Source: a virus (lineage: Duplodnaviria; Caudoviricetes). From it: a stretch of DNA of 40,732 bases. Below the pieces are notes generated by a model. The model was not told the origin of the DNA, searched no databases, and was given only the letters and a program-made list of their open reading frames with translations. Where the stretch lies: the IMG/VR virus record IMGVR_UViG_3300006867_000025, positions 1 through 40,732 of that record; one strand, given 5' to 3'. A program made the translations under genes and the position numbers. Positions 8,542 to 15,979 of this stretch are shown one piece after another (within the stretch, counting starts at the first letter, position 1; each line of letters starts with the position of its first letter).

Positions 8542-8875
8542 CGTCCTCGGTCCCCTCTACCGAATCGTCGATGAGTTTAGCGGCCTCTGCTTCCGCTTCC
8601 TTTCGGCTTTTGCGAGTCGACTTTGGAGCAGGTACGGGTTGCTCAGTGAGCACTACCGATACCGACTCAAAGTTGAGCTCATAGGTGGTTTCTTCACCGC
8701 CCAGGTGGGCGATCCCGCGAAGGAGGAGTAAGGAACCGTCTTCCTGCCAGTACTGACCGCCGATCTCTGCGCCTTCAGGCACAGGGGCGATGACCGTGTA
8801 GCAGCCGTCGACGTGGTGGAAGATGCCAATGTCCTTCCCGAGCTCCTCGCGTAGCTTGTTAACTGTAGTGGGCAT
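8516..8875 (-). CDS. Hypothetical protein with acidic tail
   Basis: GGGAG RBS; directly after RNAP. Confidence 0.65.
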   Translation of the reverse strand: MPTTVNKLREELGKDIGIFHHVDGCYTVIAPVPEGAEIGGQYWQEDGSLLLLRGIAHLGGEETTYELNFESVSVVLTEQPVPAPKSTRKSRKEAEAEAAKLIDDSVEGTEDDGTDADFV

Positions 8876-8897
8876 ATACAGTGTCTCCCTGTAGTTG

Positions 8898-11354
8898 TTA
8901 ACTAAAAAAATACCGAGCTCGCGGGAGCTCCTCCCTCACATTGAGATTGCCTTGCTTTGGCGGTGAGGGCAAGTTGAGGTTGTTGGGGATCATCTCGAGC
9001 AGGCCTTGATGCATCGTGTCGTCGAGCCAGTTTCCCGCGAAAATGTCGACGGCGACCTGTCGGATGATGAGGTTGAGCTCATCGAGGTGCTTTGCGTGGA
9101 CAGCGTAGCTGTCATGTACAAAGGCCATATCCTCGATGCCGCGATCCACGAGCTCGAGCGCGACCATGCGGCACATGGCGGCGTCGAGACTGTGGACTAC
9201 GTTTGGTGCTGCAGCCCCTGCGTTCTTTGAGGGGCTCAGCTGATCGGTGCGCTTGCGTAAGCGGCGCATCCAGTTGTCGAAGGTGCGGACGTGCTTCTCT
9301 TTAAGGACGACGTACTTCTGGGTGACCTTGCACTCGTCCGGCGTCGTCCAGGATAAAGGGTAGCCATTCTCCGCCAGCACCTTCGCGCAATCGCGTAGGT
9401 AGTCCATGATGCGAACTGCCTCGCTGACAACCTCCACTCGAGCTTCGATGATCCAGTCACGCATATAGCTGGCTAGCTTGTGCCTGGCCTGGATGACTGG
9501 AAGAGTCATGAGCTCTTGTGGAATTACAAGGTGATCACACATGCGATCATTTACCAGCTGCTCGCGAATTCCTTCCGGTGTAACCCCGTAAGCAGTCGTC
9601 ATGACAGCACGCTTGACCACCTTTCTTGCTAAGCGGTCGTCTTGCATGACCTCGTACCAGCTCTGGGCCACTGACAGTTCCAGGCCATGTCCCTGGGTTA
9701 AGATTTTCTCGATGATCTTCCTCACCGCCACACCTACCTCTAGATAGAGGTCTTTTCGGGTCGACTCGGCTGTGCAGTTTGTTTTTTCCGCGCCGACCCG
9801 ATCTTTTCCCAAGAGCGACAGTATCTGTAGTCCATTGCAGGTACCGTCCACTGCTATAGGGAGGTGGCTGATGTGGTTGGGGTTGTCGAGAGCTGCGACT
9901 AGATCGACCGCAGCTGCATAGAAGGTCATGGGCTCATCCGCTTTCATGATCAGAGAGCACGCGAAGTTGTCGTCGACCGCCAAGCGACGAAGGTCTTCCT
10001 CCATGGCTTCGATCTTCTCAATACGCTGCTCGATGCCCAGCTTATCGAAGCCAAAGGTGTTTGCCGCCTGAAGCTTTAGAGCTCGAAGGCCGCGTTCACC
10101 GACGGGCTTACCGTTACAGAACTCGACCAGGGCCTTGGCGACGTGGTCACCCTGGCTGGTGAGCATCTGGTTTGCCGGGTAGAGGCGCCCACGGAAGTCG
10201 AAGCTGTGGGGCTGCCAAAAGGCGCTCTTCTCGACCAACATCTCGCTCTGTAGCAGCTGCCTTTCGAAGGTCATTGCTTTTGATGTTGTTGAGACGTACT
10301 GCGCCAGGTCGTCGTTAAACTGTTGCTGGACGATACGCTTATCTTCATCGCCCAAAGCTGCCCACTGCTCCGGTGGAAGCTTCTTGGGCTTCTGAATGGG
10401 CATCTGTGGGCCGACGTACGGGTTCCGCAGTAGGAACTCATAGACCTGGCGGTTGATACGCCACGGTGTCTTTTGTATCGAATTGAGAGCATCGAGGGCC
10501 CGCTGAGACGGCCAGAACCCGTGAGGGTGCCAGTCGGTGCGGTAGACCTTCTGCTTAATAAGGTAGTAGCCGCCGGTGATCTTCCCTTCCTCGTCACGCT
10601 TCCATGGCTTGGGCGGTACCAGCATGGGGCGACGCACCGGCTGTGCCAGGGACGCTATGGCGTGGAGGCGGGACACGTCCGCCAGGAACTCATCAGAGTA
10701 GTAGACCGTCTGGGCTCTGATCTTTCCTCGAGGGCCTGTAGCCGTCAGCGTGAGCATGTCGGGCTGAGCTCGACGTACGCAGTCTAGGAGAACAGCACCA
10801 ACACCAAAGAGAGCGTCTCTGCTAAGGTCGTACTGATCGCCGTCCAGGTATTCAGCGATCTTTTTCTCCAGCTTGCGAGCGAATCGAAGATGCTGAGCTT
10901 TAGATGCAAGGGCCTGACTGTTGCGGCGAAGAAAGTGGCTTGCGTAGCCCTTGTCGTTGTCGCGCCATCTCTGGAAGCGTACCTCCCGGACCAGACACTC
11001 CCCGAGCTCGAGGCAGACATGCTGATAAGTCGGTGGCTTACTAGTTGCCAGCGTCGCCATCAGGTTCTGCGTAGCAGCGAAGGCGAGCTCCGTGCTTTCG
11101 ACCAGCCCGATCAAATATTTCCAGGGAAGGTTACGTCGACCTGTCGAATTGTGAATCACCGCGTCCTGTGCTTCACGCTGTCGGACCTGGATATGCTCTT
11201 CGACTGTCGGAGCGATTTCCTGCAGCAGCTGCTCCCCTAGTTTTGTTTCATTCAGTTGTTTGTTGTTGATGCTGTTGAGATAGTGAGCTTGTGCGTCAGT
11301 CACCATACGGTGCTCCCACAGTACCTCCAGCAGCTCAAAATCAATGTGATCCAT
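8898..11354 (-). CDS. Single-subunit DNA-directed RNA polymerase (T7 gp1-like)
   Basis: PMLVPPKPW, DFRGRLY, motif A AVDGTCNGLQ, motif B RKVVKRAVMTTAYG, APNVVHSLDA, motif C VHDSY; start 11354 (or 11369). Confidence 0.97.
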   Translation of the reverse strand: MDHIDFELLEVLWEHRMVTDAQAHYLNSINNKQLNETKLGEQLLQEIAPTVEEHIQVRQREAQDAVIHNSTGRRNLPWKYLIGLVESTELAFAATQNLMATLATSKPPTYQHVCLELGECLVREVRFQRWRDNDKGYASHFLRRNSQALASKAQHLRFARKLEKKIAEYLDGDQYDLSRDALFGVGAVLLDCVRRAQPDMLTLTATGPRGKIRAQTVYYSDEFLADVSRLHAIASLAQPVRRPMLVPPKPWKRDEEGKITGGYYLIKQKVYRTDWHPHGFWPSQRALDALNSIQKTPWRINRQVYEFLLRNPYVGPQMPIQKPKKLPPEQWAALGDEDKRIVQQQFNDDLAQYVSTTSKAMTFERQLLQSEMLVEKSAFWQPHSFDFRGRLYPANQMLTSQGDHVAKALVEFCNGKPVGERGLRALKLQAANTFGFDKLGIEQRIEKIEAMEEDLRRLAVDDNFACSLIMKADEPMTFYAAAVDLVAALDNPNHISHLPIAVDGTCNGLQILSLLGKDRVGAEKTNCTAESTRKDLYLEVGVAVRKIIEKILTQGHGLELSVAQSWYEVMQDDRLARKVVKRAVMTTAYGVTPEGIREQLVNDRMCDHLVIPQELMTLPVIQARHKLASYMRDWIIEARVEVVSEAVRIMDYLRDCAKVLAENGYPLSWTTPDECKVTQKYVVLKEKHVRTFDNWMRRLRKRTDQLSPSKNAGAAAPNVVHSLDAAMCRMVALELVDRGIEDMAFVHDSYAVHAKHLDELNLIIRQVAVDIFAGNWLDDTMHQGLLEMIPNNLNLPSPPKQGNLNVREELPRARYFFS

Positions 11355-11386
11355 CCTCACCCCCGGCATGTCAGCTTAATAATTAA

Positions 11387-11407
11387 TATATAGGCTGTCC
11401 CTATATA
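11387..11407. promoter_or_regulatory. Operator-like palindrome TATATAGG-N5-CCTATATA
   Basis: 8-5-8 inverted repeat overlapping the -10 box of the putative RNAP-gene promoter; same architecture as 14171-14191. Confidence 0.6.
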
Positions 11408-11430
11408 GGTTCTTGCGATACGGGTGTCAA
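11402..11430 (-). promoter_or_regulatory. Putative sigma70 promoter for the RNAP gene
   Basis: TTGACA (11430-11425), 17-bp spacer, TATATA (11407-11402); back-to-back with a + strand TTGACA at 11433-11438. Confidence 0.55.
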
Positions 11431-11447
11431 CATTGACATGCCCTAAC

Positions 11448-11465
11448 GTGTCACATATGTGACAC
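11448..11465. promoter_or_regulatory. Perfect 18-bp palindrome GTGTCACATATGTGACAC
   Basis: Seen directly, in the divergent RNAP/repressor intergenic region. Confidence 0.6.
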
Positions 11466-11480
11466 ATAGGGGCCCCTCTA

Positions 11481-11499
11481 ACTGTCTACGCTGGTGTCA
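11481..11499 (-). promoter_or_regulatory. Dispersed element TGACACCAGCGTAGACAGT, copy 3
   Basis: Exact 19-bp match to 8123-8141. Confidence 0.5.
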
Positions 11500-11648
11500 T
11501 GAAACACCCAAATCTGTAGGGTTTTTTAGGTTTTTTGATTTTTTGCAACAGTTATGTGTACAAAATGTCATGTTTGTGTAAACTCTTATAGAGTATCTCT
11601 ACATATAGGGATATCTACTAAAGACAGACAGGACAATGCGGGGATTGA

Positions 11649-11966
11649 ATGTCAGACAATACACGGCCTAAAAATACAAGGGCCGACCTAGGGAAGCGGG
11701 TGGACTTTGGTAGAACTTTGAAGTCACTTAGGGAGGCTGCTCAACTTACACAACATGACATGGCAAAGCTGGTGGGGCAAAAGTACTTCACCATGATCAG
11801 CCAGATCGAGAATGGCAGGGTTCGAGTGCCACCTGATGACACCGAACTTTGGGCTAGGGTGCTAGGCGTAGACACCCAGGCTTTCGCTAAGGAGTGTGTC
11901 CGTCACTACGAAACGGATGACTACTTCAAAGCGATCTATGGCAAGAACGCTAAGAAAGAGCTATGA
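11649..11966 (+). CDS. XRE-family HTH repressor
   Basis: FGRTLKSLREAAQLTQHDMAKLVG...ISQIENGR; divergent from RNAP; ATGA overlap with the integrase. Confidence 0.85.
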   Translation: MSDNTRPKNTRADLGKRVDFGRTLKSLREAAQLTQHDMAKLVGQKYFTMISQIENGRVRVPPDDTELWARVLGVDTQAFAKECVRHYETDDYFKAIYGKNAKKEL

Positions 11967-13024
11967 AGGTTTACAGCGACCCTCGAGGTCGCGAGGGCTA
12001 CTGGCGCGTTAAGCTCGAGAACGGCAAGTTCAAAACCCTCCAAGCCAAAACCCATGACCAGGCCTGCCAGGCTGCTAGAGCCCTTGTCGCGTCCCTAGAG
12101 GCGCCTGAGAGTCCATGGCTACATCTGGTCAACCGACACATCCATCGGCGCGAGGAAGGCTCTCCTGAGCTCCTGGCGAAGAAGAAGTGGACCAATTCGA
12201 AGTACTGCCTTCGAGCCTTTGCTCGAGACATTGCGGCCATTGCGTCCCCAGCTCGGGTGACCATGGCGCACTTTCTTCAGTACTGGGACAGCCTCACCAG
12301 ACATCAGCAAGACAACCTCAGACCTGAGCTCAATCGTTTTGTGAAGTGGGCAATGCTGTCAGAGCTCTTGGCTCTTCCTTCGAATCCGATACCGCTGCTC
12401 GATAAGAAGGCTCTGCCGATCAAGCAGAGGCGTCGATTGACGATGCCTATGTTGATGAAGGTGATGTCTGTTGCTGAGGAACGTGGGTATGAAGGTCTGG
12501 CACAGGCGTGTCGGCTATCTCTCATCACTACGCTTCGCCGGGGAGACCTGGCGGCGCTTAAGTGGGACGACATCCAGGACGGAGCTCTGTGTGTAACCGT
12601 CTCGAAGAGCGTGGCGTCTCGGGGTGAGGTAGAGGCCACCAGGCTGCGGTGGCTGCTGGCAGATCATCCTAAGCTTCTCGAGGTGCTCAAGGAGTCTCGA
12701 AGACAGGCGATGATGAACAGGGACTGCCCATTCGTGCTCAGTCACTTTGGGGCGAACAGGAGCGGCAAGGAACACCCATGCCAAATGACCCCTGACATGA
12801 TCTCTAAGCAGTTCACAGAATGTGTACGAATTGTGGACCCGAAGCCTGGTCAGCCGACGTTCCATGAGATCAGGTCACTGAGCGCAGCGCTGCTCGAGCA
12901 AGGCGGAGCTCCAGGAGACATGATCAGCAAAATCATGGCTCACACTGACCACGCAACAACGGAGTTGTATCTACACGGACACAAGCGGAATTTCTTCGAT
13001 GTCACCTACAGCGTTACAGCATAG
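11963..13024 (+). CDS. int: Tyrosine integrase (lambda Int-like)
   Basis: Catalytic R in TTLRRGDL, PTFHEIRSLSA (H-x-x-R), MAHT...TELY. Confidence 0.92.
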   Translation: MKVYSDPRGREGYWRVKLENGKFKTLQAKTHDQACQAARALVASLEAPESPWLHLVNRHIHRREEGSPELLAKKKWTNSKYCLRAFARDIAAIASPARVTMAHFLQYWDSLTRHQQDNLRPELNRFVKWAMLSELLALPSNPIPLLDKKALPIKQRRRLTMPMLMKVMSVAEERGYEGLAQACRLSLITTLRRGDLAALKWDDIQDGALCVTVSKSVASRGEVEATRLRWLLADHPKLLEVLKESRRQAMMNRDCPFVLSHFGANRSGKEHPCQMTPDMISKQFTECVRIVDPKPGQPTFHEIRSLSAALLEQGGAPGDMISKIMAHTDHATTELYLHGHKRNFFDVTYSVTA

Positions 13025-13039
13025 ACGCGGTTGTACTCA

Positions 13040-13056
13040 CTACCTTGCCAAGGTAG
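13040..13056 (+). other. Candidate attP core: stand-alone tRNA-Gly anticodon arm CTACC-TTGCCAA-GGTAG
   Basis: 13041-13055 is identical to 13214-13228; begins 16 bp after the int stop; 7-bp centre flanked by an inverted repeat. Confidence 0.55.
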
Positions 13057-13186
13057 CAGGTACACAAGTTGCCTTGAAACCCTTGCAGGTAGGGGCTTGC
13101 TGAGAAGAGATTTTGAGTTTGTGTGCGGTACACACTGTGTACACAAGCGGGGCCGAATTTGTGTAACTACAGTGTGTCCCTATTAC

Positions 13187-13262
13187 GCGGGAATAGCTCA
13201 GTTGGTAGAGCGGTACCTTGCCAAGGTACAGGTCGCCGGTTCGAACCCGGTTTCCCGCTCCA
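13187..13262 (+). tRNA. tRNA-Gly (GCC), complete with encoded CCA
   Basis: GCGGGAA/TTCCCGC acceptor stem, AGCTCAGTTGGTAGAGC D-arm, GTACC-TTGCCAA-GGTAC anticodon arm, GGTTCGAACC T-arm, U73 discriminator. Confidence 0.97.
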
Positions 13263-13286
13263 TAAAAAAGGGGGCCGTAGCCCCCT
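13263..13286 (-). terminator. Intrinsic terminator ending leftward transcription before the tRNA
   Basis: AGGGGGC-TACG-GCCCCCT followed by a T run on the - strand. Confidence 0.8.
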
Positions 13287-13482
13287 AACACTCCTGGACG
13301 AGTTCTTTCTTTAGTAGCGCTGTGTGCGCCTTCACCGACGCAGTGATGTAGCGTGGGATAGGTTTACGCCCTGCCTTCCAGGACGCGTAGCTGCCGGTGT
13401 AATCAACAGCCAATAACCGGGCACACTTGAGCGGCCCTCCTGCGAGCTCCTCGAGCTCCTTAAGTTGGTCAACATCAGTCAT
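13285..13482 (-). CDS. Small HTH/Cro-like protein
   Basis: GGPLKCARLLAV....YASWKAGRKPIP resembles a Cro-type HTH. Confidence 0.55.
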   Translation of the reverse strand: MTDVDQLKELEELAGGPLKCARLLAVDYTGSYASWKAGRKPIPRYITASVKAHTALLKKELVQEC

Positions 13483-13688
13483 GAGTAAGCTCTGTTGTGG
13501 AGGATGTTGAGTGCGGTGTTGAGGTCTTTGTCCGACTCAATGTGGAAAGTGTCCCCGACTCGACGACCATCAACTTCAATCGTGATCGAGAACGAGTGCG
13601 CCCCGTAGCCTGGCATGTAACTAATCCAGGCGTCCTGATACTGGGCTGTTCGCAGCAACGTGCCGCTCATTGGACCAAAGTTCTGCAT
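13479..13688 (-). CDS. Hypothetical protein
   Basis: GGAG RBS; ATGA overlap with the next gene. Confidence 0.6.
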   Translation of the reverse strand: MQNFGPMSGTLLRTAQYQDAWISYMPGYGAHSFSITIEVDGRRVGDTFHIESDKDLNTALNILHNRAYS

Positions 13689-13700
13689 CAAAGTTCTCCG

Positions 13701-13910
13701 CTAAAAATAGACCGGCATAAAGTCCCAGGTGGCTGGCTGCATCAAATGAGAGTCTGATCTCACAACCACCTCCTGCCGCCACTTGACCCGCTCTTCCAGT
13801 TGGTTTTGGTAAGGCTCGCCGTTCTTCAAGCGGCGAATCCATTCCAGCCTACGGTGCTGTAGAGTCATCCCGCGCTCGAGGTAGTGCTGTAGTTCTTCCT
13901 CAAACTTCAT
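13701..13910 (-). CDS. Hypothetical protein (MKFEEELQHYLERG...)
   Basis: Packed in the small-gene cluster; start trimmed to avoid a long overlap. Confidence 0.55.
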   Translation of the reverse strand: MKFEEELQHYLERGMTLQHRRLEWIRRLKNGEPYQNQLEERVKWRQEVVVRSDSHLMQPATWDFMPVYF

Positions 13911-13917
13911 GGGCACT

Positions 13918-14136
13918 TCATGCACCTTTAGGGTCACCACCGAAGTACTCGGGGGCGTACGCCTTCCAGTACGCTTTCTCAGCCGCTTCGAAACCAGCCT
14001 CGATAAGCTGCCGCTTAGCCATGTTGATTTCACCGCGCTGGTCTAAGCCGCGCTTCCATACAGAGTGGTCGTCGCTCATTTCGTAGAACCAATCGTGGCT
14101 CTGGAGCATCCGCGCATAGTCTTCGAGTGTGATCAT
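13918..14136 (-). CDS. Small phage hypothetical protein (HDWFYEMSDDHSVWKRG)
   Basis: AGGAGGAG RBS; first gene after the 14166-14194 promoter. Confidence 0.7.
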   Translation of the reverse strand: MITLEDYARMLQSHDWFYEMSDDHSVWKRGLDQRGEINMAKRQLIEAGFEAAEKAYWKAYAPEYFGGDPKGA

Positions 14137-14165
14137 GTCAGTCTCCTCCTGCAGTGATCACCTCA

Positions 14166-14194
14166 ATGCTACTATAGGGTTTTCCTATAGTCGA
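14166..14194 (-). promoter_or_regulatory. Putative sigma70 promoter with an operator palindrome across its spacer
   Basis: TCGACT, 17-bp spacer, TAGCAT; ACTATAGG-GTTTT-CCTATAGT at 14171-14191. Confidence 0.6.
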
Positions 14195-14616
14195 CCTTCC
14201 GCTATCACTTTTGCGAGACGGGTTGCTCGAGCTCCGACCTGGTCAGCCCAGCGGCTGTCGAGCATCTCCACAGAAGCCTGCTCCCAGTCCTTATCCTCGA
14301 GAGCCTGGCGGAACTTCTCGAACTTCTTGAGAGTTGGTAGGCCCAGGTTAAAGGCCATGTTGATGAGGCAAGCCTGGCGCCACTCGTCTAGCTCCGCCCA
14401 GACATCCTCACCAACAAACTTGCGAGCGTCCTGCGTCGCGACTCGAACGTCAGAGACCAGCATCTGCTCAGCTTCGAACTCACTGATGCCGTTGTCCTCG
14501 AGGTTGCGACCGTAGCCGATAGTGACCTTTCCGGCGGTGCATTGGTAAGGAAAGAGCCGTAAGCCCTCGTCTCGTTTCAGCCATTCAACGGCTATGCTTT
14601 TTGCGGGGTCTACCAT
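14185..14616 (-). CDS. Endolysin, GH24 lysozyme
   Basis: LKRDEGLRLFPYQCTAGKVTIGYGRNL, INMAFNLG, EMLDSRWA.QVG.RA. Confidence 0.9.
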   Translation of the reverse strand: MVDPAKSIAVEWLKRDEGLRLFPYQCTAGKVTIGYGRNLEDNGISEFEAEQMLVSDVRVATQDARKFVGEDVWAELDEWRQACLINMAFNLGLPTLKKFEKFRQALEDKDWEQASVEMLDSRWADQVGARATRLAKVIAEGRL

Positions 14617-15161
14617 CGTTCAATCACGTCCATGCTATATCGAATGAATCCATCGTCCCCGTACTCAATGACAGGGCCGTCAGTGTTCAGGCTGCACTTG
14701 AGCGTGGGCAGATAGCTGCTCCAGGCGCTAAGGCTCAGCGTGCCCGTATCTCGAGCCGGGGGGTCAACGACAGGCGTTGAGCCGTCCAGGCCTAGGTATT
14801 GCATCAGCTGGTTGTTGTTGGTGGCGTCGTTGCGGTTGTAGTACTCGCCGACCGAAAGGCTCGAGTCCGAGTAGTTGGTGTCGTCTCGAAGCAAAGGCCA
14901 CCGCATGGCAAAGATCGTGTGGCGACCGTCGAGCAGCCTAAAGAAGGCAGCGAAGTCTGCGTATTCGCTCTTGCGTAGCGGCGGGAAGGTAAAGGTGGCC
15001 TCGATGCGGACACCGCCGACCGAGCGGCTCTGGCGCCGCTGGCTTCTCGAGTCAGACACCAGGGTCGTCCTGGCGTGTCGAATCTCAAAAGAAGCAGGCG
15101 CAATGGAAGTCGGGAACAGCTGATAGGGTCCGTCCCCGTTCTGAAATGTATAGGTCGCCAT
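14610..15161 (-). CDS. Probable distal tail (Dit-like) protein, displaced from the tail operon
   Basis: TLVSDSRSQRRQSRSVGG.RIEATFTFPPL...F.AFF..L.G....F and C-terminal MDVIE resemble siphovirus distal tail proteins. Confidence 0.55.
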   Translation of the reverse strand: MATYTFQNGDGPYQLFPTSIAPASFEIRHARTTLVSDSRSQRRQSRSVGGVRIEATFTFPPLRKSEYADFAAFFRLLDGRHTIFAMRWPLLRDDTNYSDSSLSVGEYYNRNDATNNNQLMQYLGLDGSTPVVDPPARDTGTLSLSAWSSYLPTLKCSLNTDGPVIEYGDDGFIRYSMDVIERW

Positions 15162-15173
15162 TTAAAACTCCTG

Positions 15174-15203
15174 AAAAGTAAGAGGCCCCAAACGGGGCCC
15201 CTT
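15174..15203 (-). terminator. Probable intrinsic terminator
   Basis: AAGGGGCCCC-GTTT-GGGGCCTCTT followed by ACTTTTC. Confidence 0.55.
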
Positions 15204-15204
15204 G

Positions 15205-15414
15205 TTAGTGCTCAGTTCCCTCGGGCTCGAGGGGCTCTTCCCCCGGCAACTTATCGTCCTTCTGCATAGCCTGTTGCAGCTGCTGCTCGAGGAGGCGATT
15301 ACGCGCCTGTAGGTTGGCGATTGTGATTGCCTGGTTTGCATTAGCGCGGCCCAAGTTCTCTAGGGTCTCGTTAATAACAAACTGGTCGGCAGTCATTTGT
15401 TGTTGCTCTTGCAT
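15205..15414 (-). CDS. Small coiled-coil protein
   Basis: AGGAGGAG RBS before MQEQQQ; heptad-like ANLQARNRLLEQQL. Confidence 0.7.
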   Translation of the reverse strand: MQEQQQMTADQFVINETLENLGRANANQAITIANLQARNRLLEQQLQQAMQKDDKLPGEEPLEPEGTEH

Positions 15415-15454
15415 GTCTCCTCCTGTGTATAGGAATTGCGTATATATGGTATCG

Positions 15455-15940
15455 CTATTTGACTTCAGCGAGAAGCTGAAAAACAAAGTAGGCCATGCCG
15501 TATAGAAGAACGGCCAGGACTAGTATTGCTCCGAGAATTAGGCAGTTATCCAGGAACTCTTTGCGGCGCCTGGTTTGCTTATGAATAGCGTCCTGGCGTT
15601 CCTTGGCTACTTGCCTCCGAATCTGGATCATCTCTCTCCAGGCGTCAGCGCCAAACGCATAGAGCACGATCTCGCGAAGCTCCTTCTCCTGACTTCGCAT
15701 CTTTTGGCGCGCAGCAAATATCTCGATACTTTGGGCCTCGACACTCTTACTGTGAACAATCTTGGCGAAAAGCCCAGGGTTCTTAGCCTGGTGTTCCGCT
15801 TCATTGATGTCGCTGTAGGCCCCGAACCATTGAGACAGCTGTCCGACTGTGTCCTCGAGGTCTTTCCCCGCTGCGATCATTTTCTTAACTGCGCCGTAGG
15901 CTTGCGTTGCGGCGCTCAACGCTACTCCAATTTCGATCAT
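15455..15940 (-). CDS. Hypothetical protein with C-terminal transmembrane helix
   Basis: GGAGG RBS; LILGAILVLAVLLYGMAYFVF. Confidence 0.75.
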   Translation of the reverse strand: MIEIGVALSAATQAYGAVKKMIAAGKDLEDTVGQLSQWFGAYSDINEAEHQAKNPGLFAKIVHSKSVEAQSIEIFAARQKMRSQEKELREIVLYAFGADAWREMIQIRRQVAKERQDAIHKQTRRRKEFLDNCLILGAILVLAVLLYGMAYFVFQLLAEVK

Positions 15941-15979
15941 GAGACCTCCTAGTGTCGGGGTCTCCTCCTGCTGCTGTTT

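Noticed and set aside
13031-13314. ORFs overlapping the tRNA/att region
   Set aside because: They overlap a clear tRNA and terminator and have no protein features.
11399-14179. TATAGGG sites as canonical T7 promoters
   Set aside because: Their upstream 13-17 bp share no consensus and orientations differ; they fit better as operator half-sites.
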